In this document: one piece after another, positions 50,361-62,314 of the stretch
How positions within the stretch are numbered: the stretch's first letter is position 1
Layout of the letters: the number at the start of each line of letters is the position of its first letter
Source: an uncultured Chloroflexia bacterium
GTDB lineage: Bacteria; Chloroflexota; Anaerolineae; Anaerolineales; Anaerolineaceae
DNA length: 64,000 nt
Assembly: GCA_963732595.1 (NCBI GenBank)
Contig: CAVSZZ010000001.1
Span: forward strand, 287,007 to 351,006
Direction: 5' to 3'
The notes under the pieces: model-generated
Told to the model about the DNA's origin: nothing
Database searches by the model: none
What the model saw: only the letters and a program-made list of their open reading frames with translations
Made by a program: the position numbers and the translations under genes

Positions 50361-52811
50361 ATGCGCTTCGGACGTTTTGACGATGAACACCTCGAATATG
50401 TGATCACCACCCCGGAAACTCCCCTGCCCTGGATCAATTACCTCGGCAGTGAGGCGTATTTCGGGATCATTTCCAACACGGCGGGAGGTTATTCCTTTTA
50501 CAGGGATGCCCGCTTGCGTCGTATCACCCGCTATCGCTACAATAATGCCCCCCTGGATGTTGGCGGTCGCTACATCTACATCCGGGATGATCAGGCTGCG
50601 GAGCCGGATTTCTGGTCCCCCTCCTGGCAGCCAACCCGAAAATCATTGGATGCCTATGAATGCCGGCATGGCCTCGGGTACACCCGGATCATATCGAAGC
50701 GCAAGGATATCGAAGCTGAGACACGTTACTTTGTTCCGCTGGGCGAGAACCTCGAGATATGGGAGTTGACCGTCACAAACCACCGGCCAGAGGTCGCGGC
50801 GCTTTCCATTTTCTCAGCGGTGGAATTCTGTCTTTGGGATGCACAGGACGACACCTTCAACTTCCAGCGCAATTATTCCATCGGTGAAGCTGAAGTCGTG
50901 GATGGCGTCATCTACCATAAATCAGAATATCGCGAGCGCCGCAATCACTTCGCCTATTTTGCCTGCTCAGAACCACTGGCCGGATTCGACACCCAACGGG
51001 AGGATTTCCTCGGCCCCTATAGGGGTTGGGATGCTCCCCTGGCGGTCGAACAGGGTAAAACCCACGGATCCATCGCCTTGGGCTGGCAACCGATCGGCGC
51101 ACATCACATCAATTTGAAGTTGAATCCCGGGGAAACCCGGAAGGTCATTTTCCTGCTCGGTTACCAGGAAAATCCCGTGAACGATAAGTTCGATCCGCCG
51201 GATTCACAGGTCATCAATAAGAAGACCGTCAAACCGGTCATCGAACGCTATTTGCAGCAGGCTGCCGTCGACCAGGCTTTTGAAGACCTGCATACCTACT
51301 GGGAAAAACTGCTCGACAAGCTGCACGTTGCCACACCGGATATCCATACCAATCGCATGGTGAACATCTGGAATGCTTACCAGATGATGGTCACCTTCAA
51401 CTTCTCCCGTTCGACCTCCTACTTCGAGTCCGGGGTCGGCCGCGGCATGGGTTTCCGGGATTCGACCCAGGACCTGTTGGGGTTCACCCACCTGATCCCG
51501 GAGCGGGCGCGTGAACGGCTCCTCGATCTGGCGGCTACCCAGCTCCCCAATGGCGGCGCGTATCACCAGTACCAACCGCTCACCAAACTCGGAAATAATG
51601 ACATCGGCAGCGGATTCAACGACGATCCGCTCTGGCTGGTGCTCGCGGTCTCAACCTATCTCAAGGAAACCGGAGATTGGTCCATTCTGGATGAGCGTGT
51701 GCCATTTGATAACAAACCGGGCAGCGAAGAGCCGCTTTATGTCCATATCAAGCGTTCGATGAGCTATACGATCGAGCATCTGGGTCCGCACGATCTGCCC
51801 TTGATCGGTCAGGCGGACTGGAATGACTGTCTTAATCTGAACTGCTTTTCCGACACGCCCGGTCAATCCTTCCAGACTACGAAAGGTCGGGATGGCACGG
51901 TGGCGGAAAGCATATTCATTGCAGGTTTATATGTTCTGGCTTCCGGGGAGATGGAAGCCATTGCGCAACATCTGGGCAATACAACGGAAATGGAGAACTA
52001 CAAGGTCCTCAGGATCAGGATGGAAAAGACCATCGAAAACGCCGGGTGGGACGGCGACTGGTTCCGGCGGGCATATGACAACAGCAGTCAGGCTGTCGGA
52101 TCCAGGGAATGCGATGAAGGCAAGATCTTCATCGAACCACAGGGAATGTGCGTGATGGCCGGTGTCGGTATTGACAATGGAAAAGCGCAGAAAGCGCTGG
52201 ACTCCGTCAAAACTCACCTGGCAGGAGAACATGGCATCGTCCTGCTTTACCCGGCCTACACCAAATATTACCTGCACCTGGGCGAGATATCGTCCTACCC
52301 GCCCGGGTACAAGGAGAATGGCAGCGTTTTCTGCCATACCAATCCATGGATCATGATCGCCGAGACCCGCCTCGACCACGGGGATGCAGCCATGGATTAT
52401 TACCATCGCATTAATCCCTCCATCCGCGAGGCCATCAGTGAAGTGCATCGCTGTGAGCCCTACGTGTATGCGCAGATGATCAGCGGCAATGAAGCCGTGA
52501 AAAAAGGCGAGGCCAAGAATTCATGGCTGACCGGGACGGCTTCTTGGAATTACGTGGCCATTACCCAGCATATCCTCGGCATCCGCCCGACCCTCGACGG
52601 ACTTGCGATCAGACCGGTCATCCCAACCGCCTGGAAAGGTTTCAAGGCAGTCCGGGTCTATCGTGGCGTGCGTTACGAGATCGATGTCATACGAGCAGGA
52701 AAAGGGAACAACGTTCATATGGCTGTCGATGGTAAAAGCGTGGCAGGCGATCGGGTTCCGCTGCCGGTGTCAGGCACCCAGAGTGTCAGTGTCCAGGTGA
52801 CCCTGGACTAA
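50361..52811 (+). CDS. GH94 glycoside phosphorylase (cellobiose phosphorylase-like)
   Basis: 816 aa. N-terminus MRFGRFDDEHLEYVITTPETPLPWINYLG, plus RGMGFRDSTQD and GQADWNDCLN blocks characteristic of cellobiose/cellodextrin/chitobiose phosphorylases. Confidence 0.85.
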   Translation: MRFGRFDDEHLEYVITTPETPLPWINYLGSEAYFGIISNTAGGYSFYRDARLRRITRYRYNNAPLDVGGRYIYIRDDQAAEPDFWSPSWQPTRKSLDAYECRHGLGYTRIISKRKDIEAETRYFVPLGENLEIWELTVTNHRPEVAALSIFSAVEFCLWDAQDDTFNFQRNYSIGEAEVVDGVIYHKSEYRERRNHFAYFACSEPLAGFDTQREDFLGPYRGWDAPLAVEQGKTHGSIALGWQPIGAHHINLKLNPGETRKVIFLLGYQENPVNDKFDPPDSQVINKKTVKPVIERYLQQAAVDQAFEDLHTYWEKLLDKLHVATPDIHTNRMVNIWNAYQMMVTFNFSRSTSYFESGVGRGMGFRDSTQDLLGFTHLIPERARERLLDLAATQLPNGGAYHQYQPLTKLGNNDIGSGFNDDPLWLVLAVSTYLKETGDWSILDERVPFDNKPGSEEPLYVHIKRSMSYTIEHLGPHDLPLIGQADWNDCLNLNCFSDTPGQSFQTTKGRDGTVAESIFIAGLYVLASGEMEAIAQHLGNTTEMENYKVLRIRMEKTIENAGWDGDWFRRAYDNSSQAVGSRECDEGKIFIEPQGMCVMAGVGIDNGKAQKALDSVKTHLAGEHGIVLLYPAYTKYYLHLGEISSYPPGYKENGSVFCHTNPWIMIAETRLDHGDAAMDYYHRINPSIREAISEVHRCEPYVYAQMISGNEAVKKGEAKNSWLTGTASWNYVAITQHILGIRPTLDGLAIRPVIPTAWKGFKAVRVYRGVRYEIDVIRAGKGNNVHMAVDGKSVAGDRVPLPVSGTQSVSVQVTLD

Positions 52812-52842
52812 AAAGAGATATGGATAAGTGAGGATTGTCAGC

Positions 52843-54784
52843 ATGATCCACAGGCGGCTGATCACAGGTTTGATAATCTGCTTGATGTTGGCCGCCTGTT
52901 CCAATTTTACAGCTTCCAAAAACCCCAGGTATACACCGGCTCCAACCCGCGATAATGCATCCATCAACGCCTCGGTTCAAGACAGGACCAATGAGCTGCT
53001 GGCTCAGATGACCCTGGATGAAAAGATCGGGCAGATGACCCAGATCGTCAAGGACAGCATAGGAGCGGATAGTATCCAGGACTATTTCCTGGGTTCAGTG
53101 CTCAGCGGAGGGGGCGGGCATCCCTATATCAATACGATCGAGAATTGGGCGAAAATGACGGATGGCTTTCAAAGCGAGGCTTTATCCACCCGCCTGGCCA
53201 TTCCGGTCATTTACGGTGTCGATGCGATCCACGGCCACGCGGAGCTTTATGGTGCCACGGTCTTCCCCCAGCCGATCGGTCTGGGCGCCACCCGCAATGA
53301 AGACCTGGTGCGCCGCATCGGCCAGGCCACGGCCCAGGAGATGCTGGCCAGCGGGGTCCAGTGGACTTTTTCACCGATCATCGCCGTACCGCAGGACATT
53401 CGCTGGGGCAGAACTTATGAGTCTTATAGTGAGGATCCCGACCTGGTAAGTAAACTGGGTGTCGCCTACCTGCAGGGATTGCAGAATCTACCGGATGGCT
53501 ACACAGCAGCCGAAGGACAAGACCTCTTTACACTGGCCACCCCCAAGCACTACCTGGGTGATGGCGGTACAACTTTCGGAACAGCCGAGTTTGCCCTCTC
53601 AGACGGTTACCTGTTGGATCAAGGGGATATGCGTTACGACGAGGAAGCTGTGCGCGAGTTATTCCTACCGCCCTATCAGGCAGTCGTCGAAAGCGGCGCA
53701 CAGGCGATCATGGTTTCCTACAGCAGTTGGAACGGCATCAAGATGCATACATCGAAATACTGGATCACGGATGTGCTCAAAGGCGAGCTTGGTTTTGACG
53801 GATTCGTCATCTCCGACTGGAGCGGCATCAACCAGGTTGATGACAGCAGCTATTACCAGGCGGTGGTGACCTGCATCAATGCCGGCATCGATATGAACAT
53901 GGTCCCGTATGATTATCTCTCTTTCACACGGGTCATGAAACAAGCAGTTGAGAATGGCGATATCCCGATCGAACGCGTCGATGATGCTGTCAGCCGTATC
54001 TTACGTGTCAAGATCAGGCTCGGTTTGTTCGACCACCCTTACAGTGATCCCAGCCTGATCGACTCAGTCGGATCCGGTGAACATCGCACGCTGGCCCGCC
54101 AGGCGGTACGGGAATCGCTGGTGCTGCTTAAGAATCAGGACAATGCCCTGCCCATCTCCCGGGAGATCGGTTTGATCTACATTGCCGGGGTGGCGGCAGA
54201 TGACATCGGGGTCCAATGCGGCGGGTGGACGACGGAATGGCAGGGTGCCAGTGGTGACATTCAGCCCGGCACGACCATCCTGGAGGGCTTTAAAGAACAA
54301 TTGTCGCCCGGAACCAAAATTGAGTTCAATGCCACCGGGAACTTCTCCGGCATGGCAGATGTCGGTATCGCCGTGGTGGGCGAATTCCCGTATGCCGAAG
54401 GCATGGGGGATCGGGAGGACTCTGTCTTTATCATCCTTTGACCAGCAACTGATCAAGACTCTACGCGGGCACAGCCAGAAATTGATCGTCATCATCATCT
54501 CGGGCCGCCCGCTGATCATCACGGATGTCTATCAAGACGCGGATGCCTGGGTGGCTGCCTGGCTGCCCGGGACTGAGGGAAACGGGATCACGGATGTGCT
54601 CTTCGGTGATTATCCGTTCACCGGCAAACTGCCTTACACCTGGCCACGGACAAATGAGCAATTGCCGGTCAATATTCACAATATCGAACACACAACAAGC
54701 TGCGATTCACCCTTGTTCACCTTTGGGTATGGTTTGGGCGAAGCCGGCAGTAAACCTGTGAAATGGATCGATTGTGAGGAATGA
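52843..54784 (+). pseudogene. GH3 beta-glucosidase lipoprotein (BglX-like), one frameshift
   Basis: Lipobox LMLAAC. KIGQMTQ, GVDAIHGH and VISDWSG (nucleophile Asp) motifs. ORFs 52828-54441 and 54182-54784 join near 54424-54436 to give ..GEFPYAEGMGDREDLSLSSFDQQLI.. Confidence 0.8.
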
Positions 54785-54850
54785 ATCGGAATTATTTCAG
54801 ACCAATGATCGAAATTATATTAATCAAAATGCTCACCAAGGAGAAACCCA

Positions 54851-56017
54851 ATGACTGACTTTACTCCCAAACCGGAACACAAATTTACCTTTGGATTGTG
54901 GACCGTTGGCAACACCGGTCGCGACCCGTTTGGTGACCCAACACGTGATAAGAAATCACCTGCCGAGCTGGTTCGCTTGCTGGGGGAAGTGGGCGCCTAC
55001 GGAGTCAATTTCCATGATAATGACCTGATCCCGATCGATGCCACCCCGGCGGAAGCCGAGGCGATCAAGAAGGAATTTCGCAAAGCCCTGGATGAGACCG
55101 GCCTCAAAGTCCCCATGGCCACCACCAATCTGTTCGGTGACCCCATCTTCAAGGATGGTGCCTTCACCTCGAATGATCCCAAGGTGCGCGCATACGCCCG
55201 GCAGAAGACCCTCAAGGCCATCGACCTGGGTGTTGAGTTCGGTGCCAAGATTTACGTCTTCTGGGGTGGCCGCGAAGGCACTGAATCCGACTCGACCAAG
55301 AGCGCCGTGGATGCCATCAAGTGGAACCGCGAAGCGATGAACTTCTTCTGCGAATATGCGCTGGACAGGAAATATGACCTCAAGTTCGCCCTGGAAGCCA
55401 AACCCAACGAACCACGCGGCGACATCTACAATCCGACCACCGGGCATATGCTGGGCTTCATCGCCACACTCGACCACCCCGAAATGGTGGGAGTCAATCC
55501 CGAAGTTGCACACGAACATATGGCCGGTCTGGACTTCATGCACGGCGTCGCCCAGGCCTGGGAAGCCGGCAAGCTCTTCCACATCGACCTGAACGACCAG
55601 TATGCCGGTCGTTACGACCAGGACCTGCGCTTTGGCTCGCGTGATATCAAAGCCGCCTTCTACCTGGTCAAATTCCTCGAGGATGTCGGTTATGACGGCT
55701 CACGCCATTTCGATGCGCATGCCTACCGCACCGAGGATTACGAGGGCGTCAAGGACTTCGCTCGCGGCTGCATACGCACTTACCTGATGCTGAAGGATAA
55801 GGCTGCCCAATTCAATGCGGACAAGGAAATCCAGGCATTGCTGGCCGAGGTCAAGACCGACGATCCCGCCATGGAAAAGTTCCTCGGAAAATACGCCAGT
55901 GAAAAAGCCGAAGCGTTGAAGGCGCATTCCTTCGACCGGAAGGCGATCGCCAGCCGTGGTTTGAAATACGAACGCCTTGACCAGCTGACCATCAACTTGC
56001 TGCTCGGCAACCGCTAG
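54851..56017 (+). CDS. xylA: Xylose isomerase, class I
   Basis: 388 aa. [19 protein letters not shown]-terminus, FHDNDL, and [13 protein letters not shown] metal-binding region typical of short (Actinobacteria/Thermus-type) XylA. Confidence 0.9.
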   Translation: MTDFTPKPEHKFTFGLWTVGNTGRDPFGDPTRDKKSPAELVRLLGEVGAYGVNFHDNDLIPIDATPAEAEAIKKEFRKALDETGLKVPMATTNLFGDPIFKDGAFTSNDPKVRAYARQKTLKAIDLGVEFGAKIYVFWGGREGTESDSTKSAVDAIKWNREAMNFFCEYALDRKYDLKFALEAKPNEPRGDIYNPTTGHMLGFIATLDHPEMVGVNPEVAHEHMAGLDFMHGVAQAWEAGKLFHIDLNDQYAGRYDQDLRFGSRDIKAAFYLVKFLEDVGYDGSRHFDAHAYRTEDYEGVKDFARGCIRTYLMLKDKAAQFNADKEIQALLAEVKTDDPAMEKFLGKYASEKAEALKAHSFDRKAIASRGLKYERLDQLTINLLLGNR

Positions 56018-56033
56018 CCCTGTCAGGAGAGCT

Positions 56034-58383
56034 ATGACACCAAAAGACAGTCCGGAGAACATCCATGGGAAGATCAGCGAGCTGCTGGCTCGCATGACCC
56101 TGGAAGAAAAGGCTGCCCAACTGCAGGGCTGTTGGATGTATGACCTGCAAACCAAGGGCCTGATCGATGAAACCAAGATCGCTGCCCGTCTGAAAAATGG
56201 CATCGGTCAGCTCACGCGCGTCGGTGGAGCATCCACCTATCCCCCGCGGGAAGCTGCGCAGATCTACAATCGACTGCAGCGCTTCCTGAAAGAGAACACC
56301 CGCCTGGGCATCCCGGCCATCGACCACGAGGAATGCTGCGTGGGCGCCATGATCCCCGGCGCCTCCATCTTCCCCCAGATCATCGGCCTGGCCAGCACCT
56401 TCCAGCCGGAACTCGCTAAACAGATGACGACTGCCATTCGCAGCCAGATGCTGGCGATCGGAGCCCGTCAGGGCCTGGGTCCCGTTCTGGATGTAGCCCG
56501 CGATCCACGCTGGGGGCGGGTTGAAGAAACCTTCGGTGAGGACCCCACCCTGGTCAGCCAGTTCGGCATGGCTTACATCCAGGGCTTGCAGGGTGATGAC
56601 CTCAGCCGGGGAGTGATGGCTACCGGCAAGCATTTCGTCGGACATTCATTCTCGCAAGGCGGTTTGAACTGTGGCCCGGTGCATCTGGGCTGGCGCGATC
56701 TGTGGGATGTCTACCTGGCGCCCTTTCAGGCTGCCATCCGGGATGCCGGGCTGGCAACTATGATGAATGCCTACCCGGAGCTGGATGGAGAGGTGGTCGC
56801 CGCCTCCCGCAGGATCCTGACGGACCTGCTGAGAGATAAGCTTGGATTTGACGGCCCGGTCGTTTCCGATTACGAAGCCGTGCTTATGATCCATACCTTT
56901 CATAAATTGGCCAGCTCCCGCAAGGAGGCAGCCATCAAGGCGCTTAATGCCGGCATCGATGTTGAGCTTCCGACCGCCGCCTGCTACGGCGAGGACCTCC
57001 TGGATGCGGTCAAATCAGGGGAACTTAAACTGGGCACCGTCGATCTGGCTGTCAGGCGCCACTTGCAGAAGAAGTTCGAGTTGGGATTGTTCGACAACCC
57101 TTATGTTAATGAAGACACTGTGCTGGAGGTTTTCGACACAAGCGGGAACCGGCAGCTGGCTTACGAAATAGCCTGCAAGAGCCTTGTTTTATTGAAGAAT
57201 GATGGGCTGCTGCCCTTGAAATCCAGCGGTGTGAAACTGGCGGTGATCGGACCGAACGCGAACTCGAGCCGCTGCATGATGGGCGATTATTCCTACGCAG
57301 CTGTGTGCTGAGCTTTTAAAAGCTGTTCCGGATGAGAATGCATCCTTCGGCGCGCTCACGGCTGAAGGCCTGCAGGCACTCACGGTTAAAGTACCCACTT
57401 TCCTGGAAGAGATGAAGACCCGGGTTGGCTCTGAAGCGCTGAGCTATGCATCCGGCTGCGCGATCAACTCGCCGGATGAATCCGGTTTCGATGCAGCCCT
57501 GGCGGTAGTAAAGGCTGCCGATGTTGCCATCCTGGTGATGGGTGGTCTTTCCGGGCTTTCATACGAAAGCACCACCGGTGAATTCCGCGACGCGACCCAA
57601 CTCGGCCTGCCGGGCGTGCAGGAAAAACTGGTGAAAGCCATCCTGGCCACCGGCAAGCCGGTTGTCCTGGTGCTCATCGATGGGCGTCCGGTTTCCATGC
57701 CTGACCTGGTGGAGCCGGCTGGCGCCATCCTGGAAGCCTGGGTGCCCGGCGAGGAAGGTGCCCGTGCTATCGTGGATGCCCTCTTCGGCAAGGTCAATCC
57801 CGGCGGGAAGCTGCCGATCACGATCCCACGCTCGGCCGGGCAAGTCCCCGTATTCTACAACCACAAGCCTTCGGGCATGCATTCCAACATCTACGGAGAT
57901 TACATGGATGACAAGGTCACACCTCTCTTCCCGTTCGGCCATGGGTTGAGTTACACGGAATTCGAATACAGCAATCTAAAGATCGATCACCCGGAAGTCA
58001 GCACCGGCGGGACGGTGGATATCTCCTTGTCCGTGAAAAACACCGGGCAACTGGCAGGGGATGAAGTCGTTCAATTCTATGTCTGCGATGAATATGCCAG
58101 CATGCCCCGCCCGGTGAAGGAATTGAAGGGGTACACGCGACTGACGCTTGAACCGGGAAGCACGAAGCAGGTGACCTTCCATTTCCCGGTGAACCAGATG
58201 GCTTTTTACGATGCCGACCTCAAACTGATCCTCGAACCCGGAACTTTTAAGGTGATGGTCGGCAGTTCCTCGGAAACCATCCATCTGGAAGGTCAATTCG
58301 AGGTTACCGGCAAAGATCCGGTAGAGATCAAGGAACGGGTCTTCGTCTGCCCGGTTGCCGTCCAGGCAGGTAATGCTGGTTAA
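56034..58383 (+). pseudogene. Intracellular GH3 beta-glucosidase/beta-xylosidase with C-terminal Fn3-like domain, one frameshift
   Basis: ORFs 56034-57311 and 57412-58383 tile one GH3 protein (LTLEEKAAQL, RDPRWGRVEETFGEDP, VVSDYEA, PFGHGLSYTEFEY). The frame switch is at ~57295-57310; frame 1 continues ..AELLKAVPDENASFG.. Confidence 0.8.
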
Positions 58384-58411
58384 TTATTAGGATCATGGGA
58401 TCGGAGGCAAG

Positions 58412-59395
58412 ATGACATTCTTTCGACTTTTGGGAAGGTCGGGGATCAAAGTCAGCGCTCTCGGAATGGGCTGCTGGGCAATTGGCGGGCCTTTCTGGAG
58501 CGGGGATGAGCCACATGGCTGGGGCGAGGTTGATGACGAAGAATCCACCCGCGCCATCCATTGCGCGCTGGATCATGGGGTCACCTTCTTTGACACTGCC
58601 AATGTGTACGGCGCCGGACACAGTGAACGAGTCCTGGGAAAAGCGCTTGCCGGCCGCCGGTCATCGGTGGTCATCGCCACCAAGTTCAACGCCATATTTG
58701 ATGAAGCGACCCGACAGGTCACCGGTCAGAGTGCTGAACCGGAAAGCATCCGTGCCGCCTGCGAGGAATCCCTGTGCCGCTTGAACACCGATGTGATCGA
58801 CCTCTACCAATTCCACGATAATGGCTACCCGGCTGAGAAAGCCGCTCCCGTGCGCGATACGCTGGAGGAATTAGTCCATGCAGGCAAGATCCGCGCTTAC
58901 GGGTGGAGCACGGATTTTCCCGACCGGGCTGAGGTGTTTGCGCAGGGTTCGAATTGCACGGCAATTCAACTGCAATTGAACGTCCTGGAGGATAACGCGC
59001 CAGTCCTGGCGTTGTGTGAAAGACACGATCTGGCCGCCATCAACCGCGGTCCGCTGGCGATGGGCCTGCTCACCGGCAAGTACCATGCCGCCACAAAGCC
59101 CGGGATCGACGATGTGCGGGGTGAAAAATCACCCGCCTGGATGAAGTACTTTAAAGACGGCAAACCGAACCCGGAATGGCTGGCAAAGGTCCAATCCATC
59201 CGTGAGATCCTGACCCAGGGCGGGCGGACGTTATCGCAGGGTGCGCTGGGCTGGCTGTGGGCGCGCAGTGAGAAGACCATCCCCATCCCGGGCTTTCGTA
59301 CGGTCGCCCAGGTCGAAGAGAACAGCCGCGCACTGGAGCTCGGACCAATTACTGCGGATCAATTTGCTGAAGTGGAAAGGATCATGGAAAGATAA
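58412..59395 (+). CDS. Aldo/keto reductase
   Basis: 327 aa. GMGCWAIGG, FFDTANVYG, DLYQFH and IPGFRT blocks of the AKR superfamily. Confidence 0.8.
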   Translation: MTFFRLLGRSGIKVSALGMGCWAIGGPFWSGDEPHGWGEVDDEESTRAIHCALDHGVTFFDTANVYGAGHSERVLGKALAGRRSSVVIATKFNAIFDEATRQVTGQSAEPESIRAACEESLCRLNTDVIDLYQFHDNGYPAEKAAPVRDTLEELVHAGKIRAYGWSTDFPDRAEVFAQGSNCTAIQLQLNVLEDNAPVLALCERHDLAAINRGPLAMGLLTGKYHAATKPGIDDVRGEKSPAWMKYFKDGKPNPEWLAKVQSIREILTQGGRTLSQGALGWLWARSEKTIPIPGFRTVAQVEENSRALELGPITADQFAEVERIMER

Positions 59396-59396
59396 T

Positions 59397-60893
59397 ATGG
59401 CAGGAGAGTATTTCCTCGGGATCGATGTCTCCACGACAGCAACCAAGGCACTTCTGATCGATCAGAGCGGCCAGGTGGTTGCGGTCGCATCGACCGAATA
59501 CCCTTTCGAAACACCCCGGCCCTTATGGAGTGAACAACACCCGGACCTGTGGTGGGATGGCGCACAAAAATCGATTCGCGCTGTCATCCAGAAATCCGGC
59601 GTGGTGCCGGAGAGCATCCGGGCGGTGGGCTTGACCGGCCAGATGCACGGGCTGGTGCTGCTGGATGAAGCCGGGCAGGTGCTGCGCCCGGCGATCCTGT
59701 GGAACGACCAGCGCACCCAGGCACAGTGCGACCAGATCCATGAGCGCCTTGGCCGTGAGAAATTCATCGCCATCAGTGGGAATGTCGCACTGACCGGATT
59801 CACCGCCCCCAAGATCCTGTGGGTAGCCCAAAATGAACCGGAAGTGTATGCGAAGGTGCGTCACATCCTCCTGCCCAAGGACTTCGTACGTTTCCATCTG
59901 ACCGGCGATTACGGCATGGACAAGGCTGATGGTTCGGGAACCGTCCTGTTCGATCTGAAGGAACGCAACTGGTCGAACGAGATCCTGGTAGCCCTGCAGA
60001 TCAAGCCCGAGTGGCTGCCGCCCACATTCGAGGGTCCAGTCTTCACCGGTGTTATCTCCAAATCAGCTGCGGAGGCCACCGGCCTGCAGGCCGGGACGCC
60101 GGTTGCAGCCGGTGGCGGCGACCAGGCCGCCCAGGCTGTGGGTGTGGGCGCGGTCGAACCCGGTATCATCGGGTTGACAGTCGGTACCAGCGGGGTTGTC
60201 TTTGCCACCACCCCCAGCGCATTGATCGAACCTGATGGCCGCCTGCACGCCTTCTGCCACGCCGTCCCGGGCGCCTGGCATTTCATGGGCGTGATGCTTT
60301 CGGCCGCCGGCAGCCTGCAGTGGTACCGCGATACGCTGGCACCTGGATTGGGGTTCGATGAATTATTAAATGAAGCCGTGGATATCCCCGCCGGGAGTGA
60401 GGGTTTGCAGTTCCTGCCTTATCTGAGCGGCGAACGCACGCCCTACCCTGACCCACAGGCGCGGGGAGCATTCATCGGCTTGACCATCCGTCATAACCGC
60501 GCACATATGACCCGCGCGGTGTTGGAAGGTGTCTCATTCGGTTTGAAGGACATCTTCACCCTTATCCGGAATTCCGGACTCAAGGAGATTCAACAGGTGC
60601 GTGCGTCGGGCGGCGGAACCAAGAGCCCGCTCTGGCGGCAGATCCTGGCCTCCGTGCTCGACAGTGAGCTGGTGACGGTCAACACGACCGAGGGTGCTGC
60701 CTTCGGCGCAGCGCTGCTCGCCGGTGTCGGAGCCGGTGCCTGGCCGGATGTGCGCACGGCTTGCCGGCAAACCATCCAGATCACCGGCCAGACGACTCCA
60801 CTGCAATCCGATGTGGATGTCTACCGTAAGTCGTACAGCGTTTATCAGGAGCTCTATCCGGCTCTGAAGATGTCCTTCCCGAAAATGTCCTGA
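59397..60893 (+). CDS. xylB: Xylulokinase (FGGY family)
   Basis: The ATG at 59397 gives MAGEYFLGIDVSTTATKALL, the FGGY N-terminus. It sits 1 nt after the AKR stop, so the longer ORF from 59241 overlaps the AKR gene and is rejected. GLTGQMHG, GGGDQAAQAVG and RASGGGTKSPLW motifs. Confidence 0.85.
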   Translation: MAGEYFLGIDVSTTATKALLIDQSGQVVAVASTEYPFETPRPLWSEQHPDLWWDGAQKSIRAVIQKSGVVPESIRAVGLTGQMHGLVLLDEAGQVLRPAILWNDQRTQAQCDQIHERLGREKFIAISGNVALTGFTAPKILWVAQNEPEVYAKVRHILLPKDFVRFHLTGDYGMDKADGSGTVLFDLKERNWSNEILVALQIKPEWLPPTFEGPVFTGVISKSAAEATGLQAGTPVAAGGGDQAAQAVGVGAVEPGIIGLTVGTSGVVFATTPSALIEPDGRLHAFCHAVPGAWHFMGVMLSAAGSLQWYRDTLAPGLGFDELLNEAVDIPAGSEGLQFLPYLSGERTPYPDPQARGAFIGLTIRHNRAHMTRAVLEGVSFGLKDIFTLIRNSGLKEIQQVRASGGGTKSPLWRQILASVLDSELVTVNTTEGAAFGAALLAGVGAGAWPDVRTACRQTIQITGQTTPLQSDVDVYRKSYSVYQELYPALKMSFPKMS

Positions 60894-60919
60894 CTCATAA
60901 GAATAAACAATGAGGTTTC

Positions 60920-62305
60920 ATGACTGAATTCATGCAATTTCCGCAAAGTTTCACCTGGGGGACCGCCACCGCGGCTTATCAGATCGAAGGCGGTTCCCGC
61001 GAGGATGGCCGCAAGGATTCCATCTGGGATGTCTTCGCCCACACCCCGGGGAAGGTGGCCAACGGTGAGAACGGGGACATTGCAGACGATCATTACCATC
61101 GCTGGAAGGAAGATGTAGCCCTGATGAAATCGCTGGGTTACAAAGGCTACCGCTTTTCGCTGGCCTGGCCGCGCATCCTGCCCGATGGACGTGGAGCAAT
61201 CAACCAGGCCGGGATCGACTTCTATAACCGGCTGATCGATGAGTTGCTGAAATCGGAAATCAAACCGCTGGTCACCCTGTATCATTGGGACCTGCCCGCA
61301 GTCCTCCCGGAGGGCTGGCTGAATCGCGAGACAGCTTTTGCCTTCGAGGAATTTACCACGCTGGCGGTCAAGTCTTTTGGAGACCGAATCAAGGACTGGA
61401 TCACGATCAACGAACCATTCTGCCCCAGTTTCCTCGGCTATGCTTATGGCAGGCATGCCCCGGGACGGCGGGACCTCGGCCAGGCATTACTGGCAGCTCA
61501 TCATCTCCTGTTGGCCCACGGGCTGGCCGTACCGGTCATCCACGCAGGCTGCCCGGGCGGACGGGTTGGCATCACCCTGAATGAAGGCCCATTTTATCCG
61601 GCCAACCGGTCGCCCGAGAACCTGTCCGCCGCCCGCCATGGGGATGGTGAATTGAACCGCTGGTTCCTGGACCCGGTTTTCGGTCGCGATTACCCACTCG
61701 ACATGCTGCAGGATTATGTCAATGCCGGCGCGCTTGAATCCATCGAGCCGGATTTCATTCACGCGGGTGACATGCAAAAGATCGCCGTTCCCACCGATTT
61801 CCTGGCATTAAATTATTACACCCGCAGCCTGGTCGACACCGACCACCCCGCCGGGAACTTCCCCAACCATATCACCACCCTGACCAACCCATCTGAAACG
61901 CATACCGAGATGGGCTGGGAGATCTTCCCCCACGGCCTTTATGAGACCCTCTGCCGTGCATACTTCACCTACAAACCACCCGAGATACTCGTCACAGAGA
62001 ACGGCGCGAGCTATTCCGATGGACCGGATGCCAATGGCAGAGTTAACGACCAGCGTCGCATCACCTACCTGCAATCACACATCGAAGCGGTTGGCAATGC
62101 CATTCGTGCCGGTGTGCCCGTGACCGGCTACTTCGTCTGGTCGCTGATGGATAACTTTGAATGGGCATACGGCTATGCGCAGCGTTTCGGTCTCGTATAT
62201 GTCGACTATGAATCCCAGAAGCGTTATCCCAAAGACAGCGCCTACTGGTACGGACAGGTCGCACATAAGAACGGTCTGGAAGTCCAAAAGATATCAATTA
62301 AATAA
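60920..62305 (+). CDS. GH1 beta-glucosidase
   Basis: 461 aa. FTWGTATAAYQIEG, TLYHWDLP, ITINEP (acid/base Glu) and VTENGAS (nucleophile Glu). Confidence 0.9.
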   Translation: MTEFMQFPQSFTWGTATAAYQIEGGSREDGRKDSIWDVFAHTPGKVANGENGDIADDHYHRWKEDVALMKSLGYKGYRFSLAWPRILPDGRGAINQAGIDFYNRLIDELLKSEIKPLVTLYHWDLPAVLPEGWLNRETAFAFEEFTTLAVKSFGDRIKDWITINEPFCPSFLGYAYGRHAPGRRDLGQALLAAHHLLLAHGLAVPVIHAGCPGGRVGITLNEGPFYPANRSPENLSAARHGDGELNRWFLDPVFGRDYPLDMLQDYVNAGALESIEPDFIHAGDMQKIAVPTDFLALNYYTRSLVDTDHPAGNFPNHITTLTNPSETHTEMGWEIFPHGLYETLCRAYFTYKPPEILVTENGASYSDGPDANGRVNDQRRITYLQSHIEAVGNAIRAGVPVTGYFVWSLMDNFEWAYGYAQRFGLVYVDYESQKRYPKDSAYWYGQVAHKNGLEVQKISIK

Positions 62306-62314
62306 GGCGGCTTA

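Noticed and set aside
59241-59396. 52-codon N-terminal extension of xylB overlapping the end of the aldo/keto reductase gene.
   Set aside because: The extension is Arg/Ser/Pro-rich. The ATG at 59397 gives the canonical FGGY N-terminus (YFLGIDVSTT) and sits 1 nt after the AKR stop.
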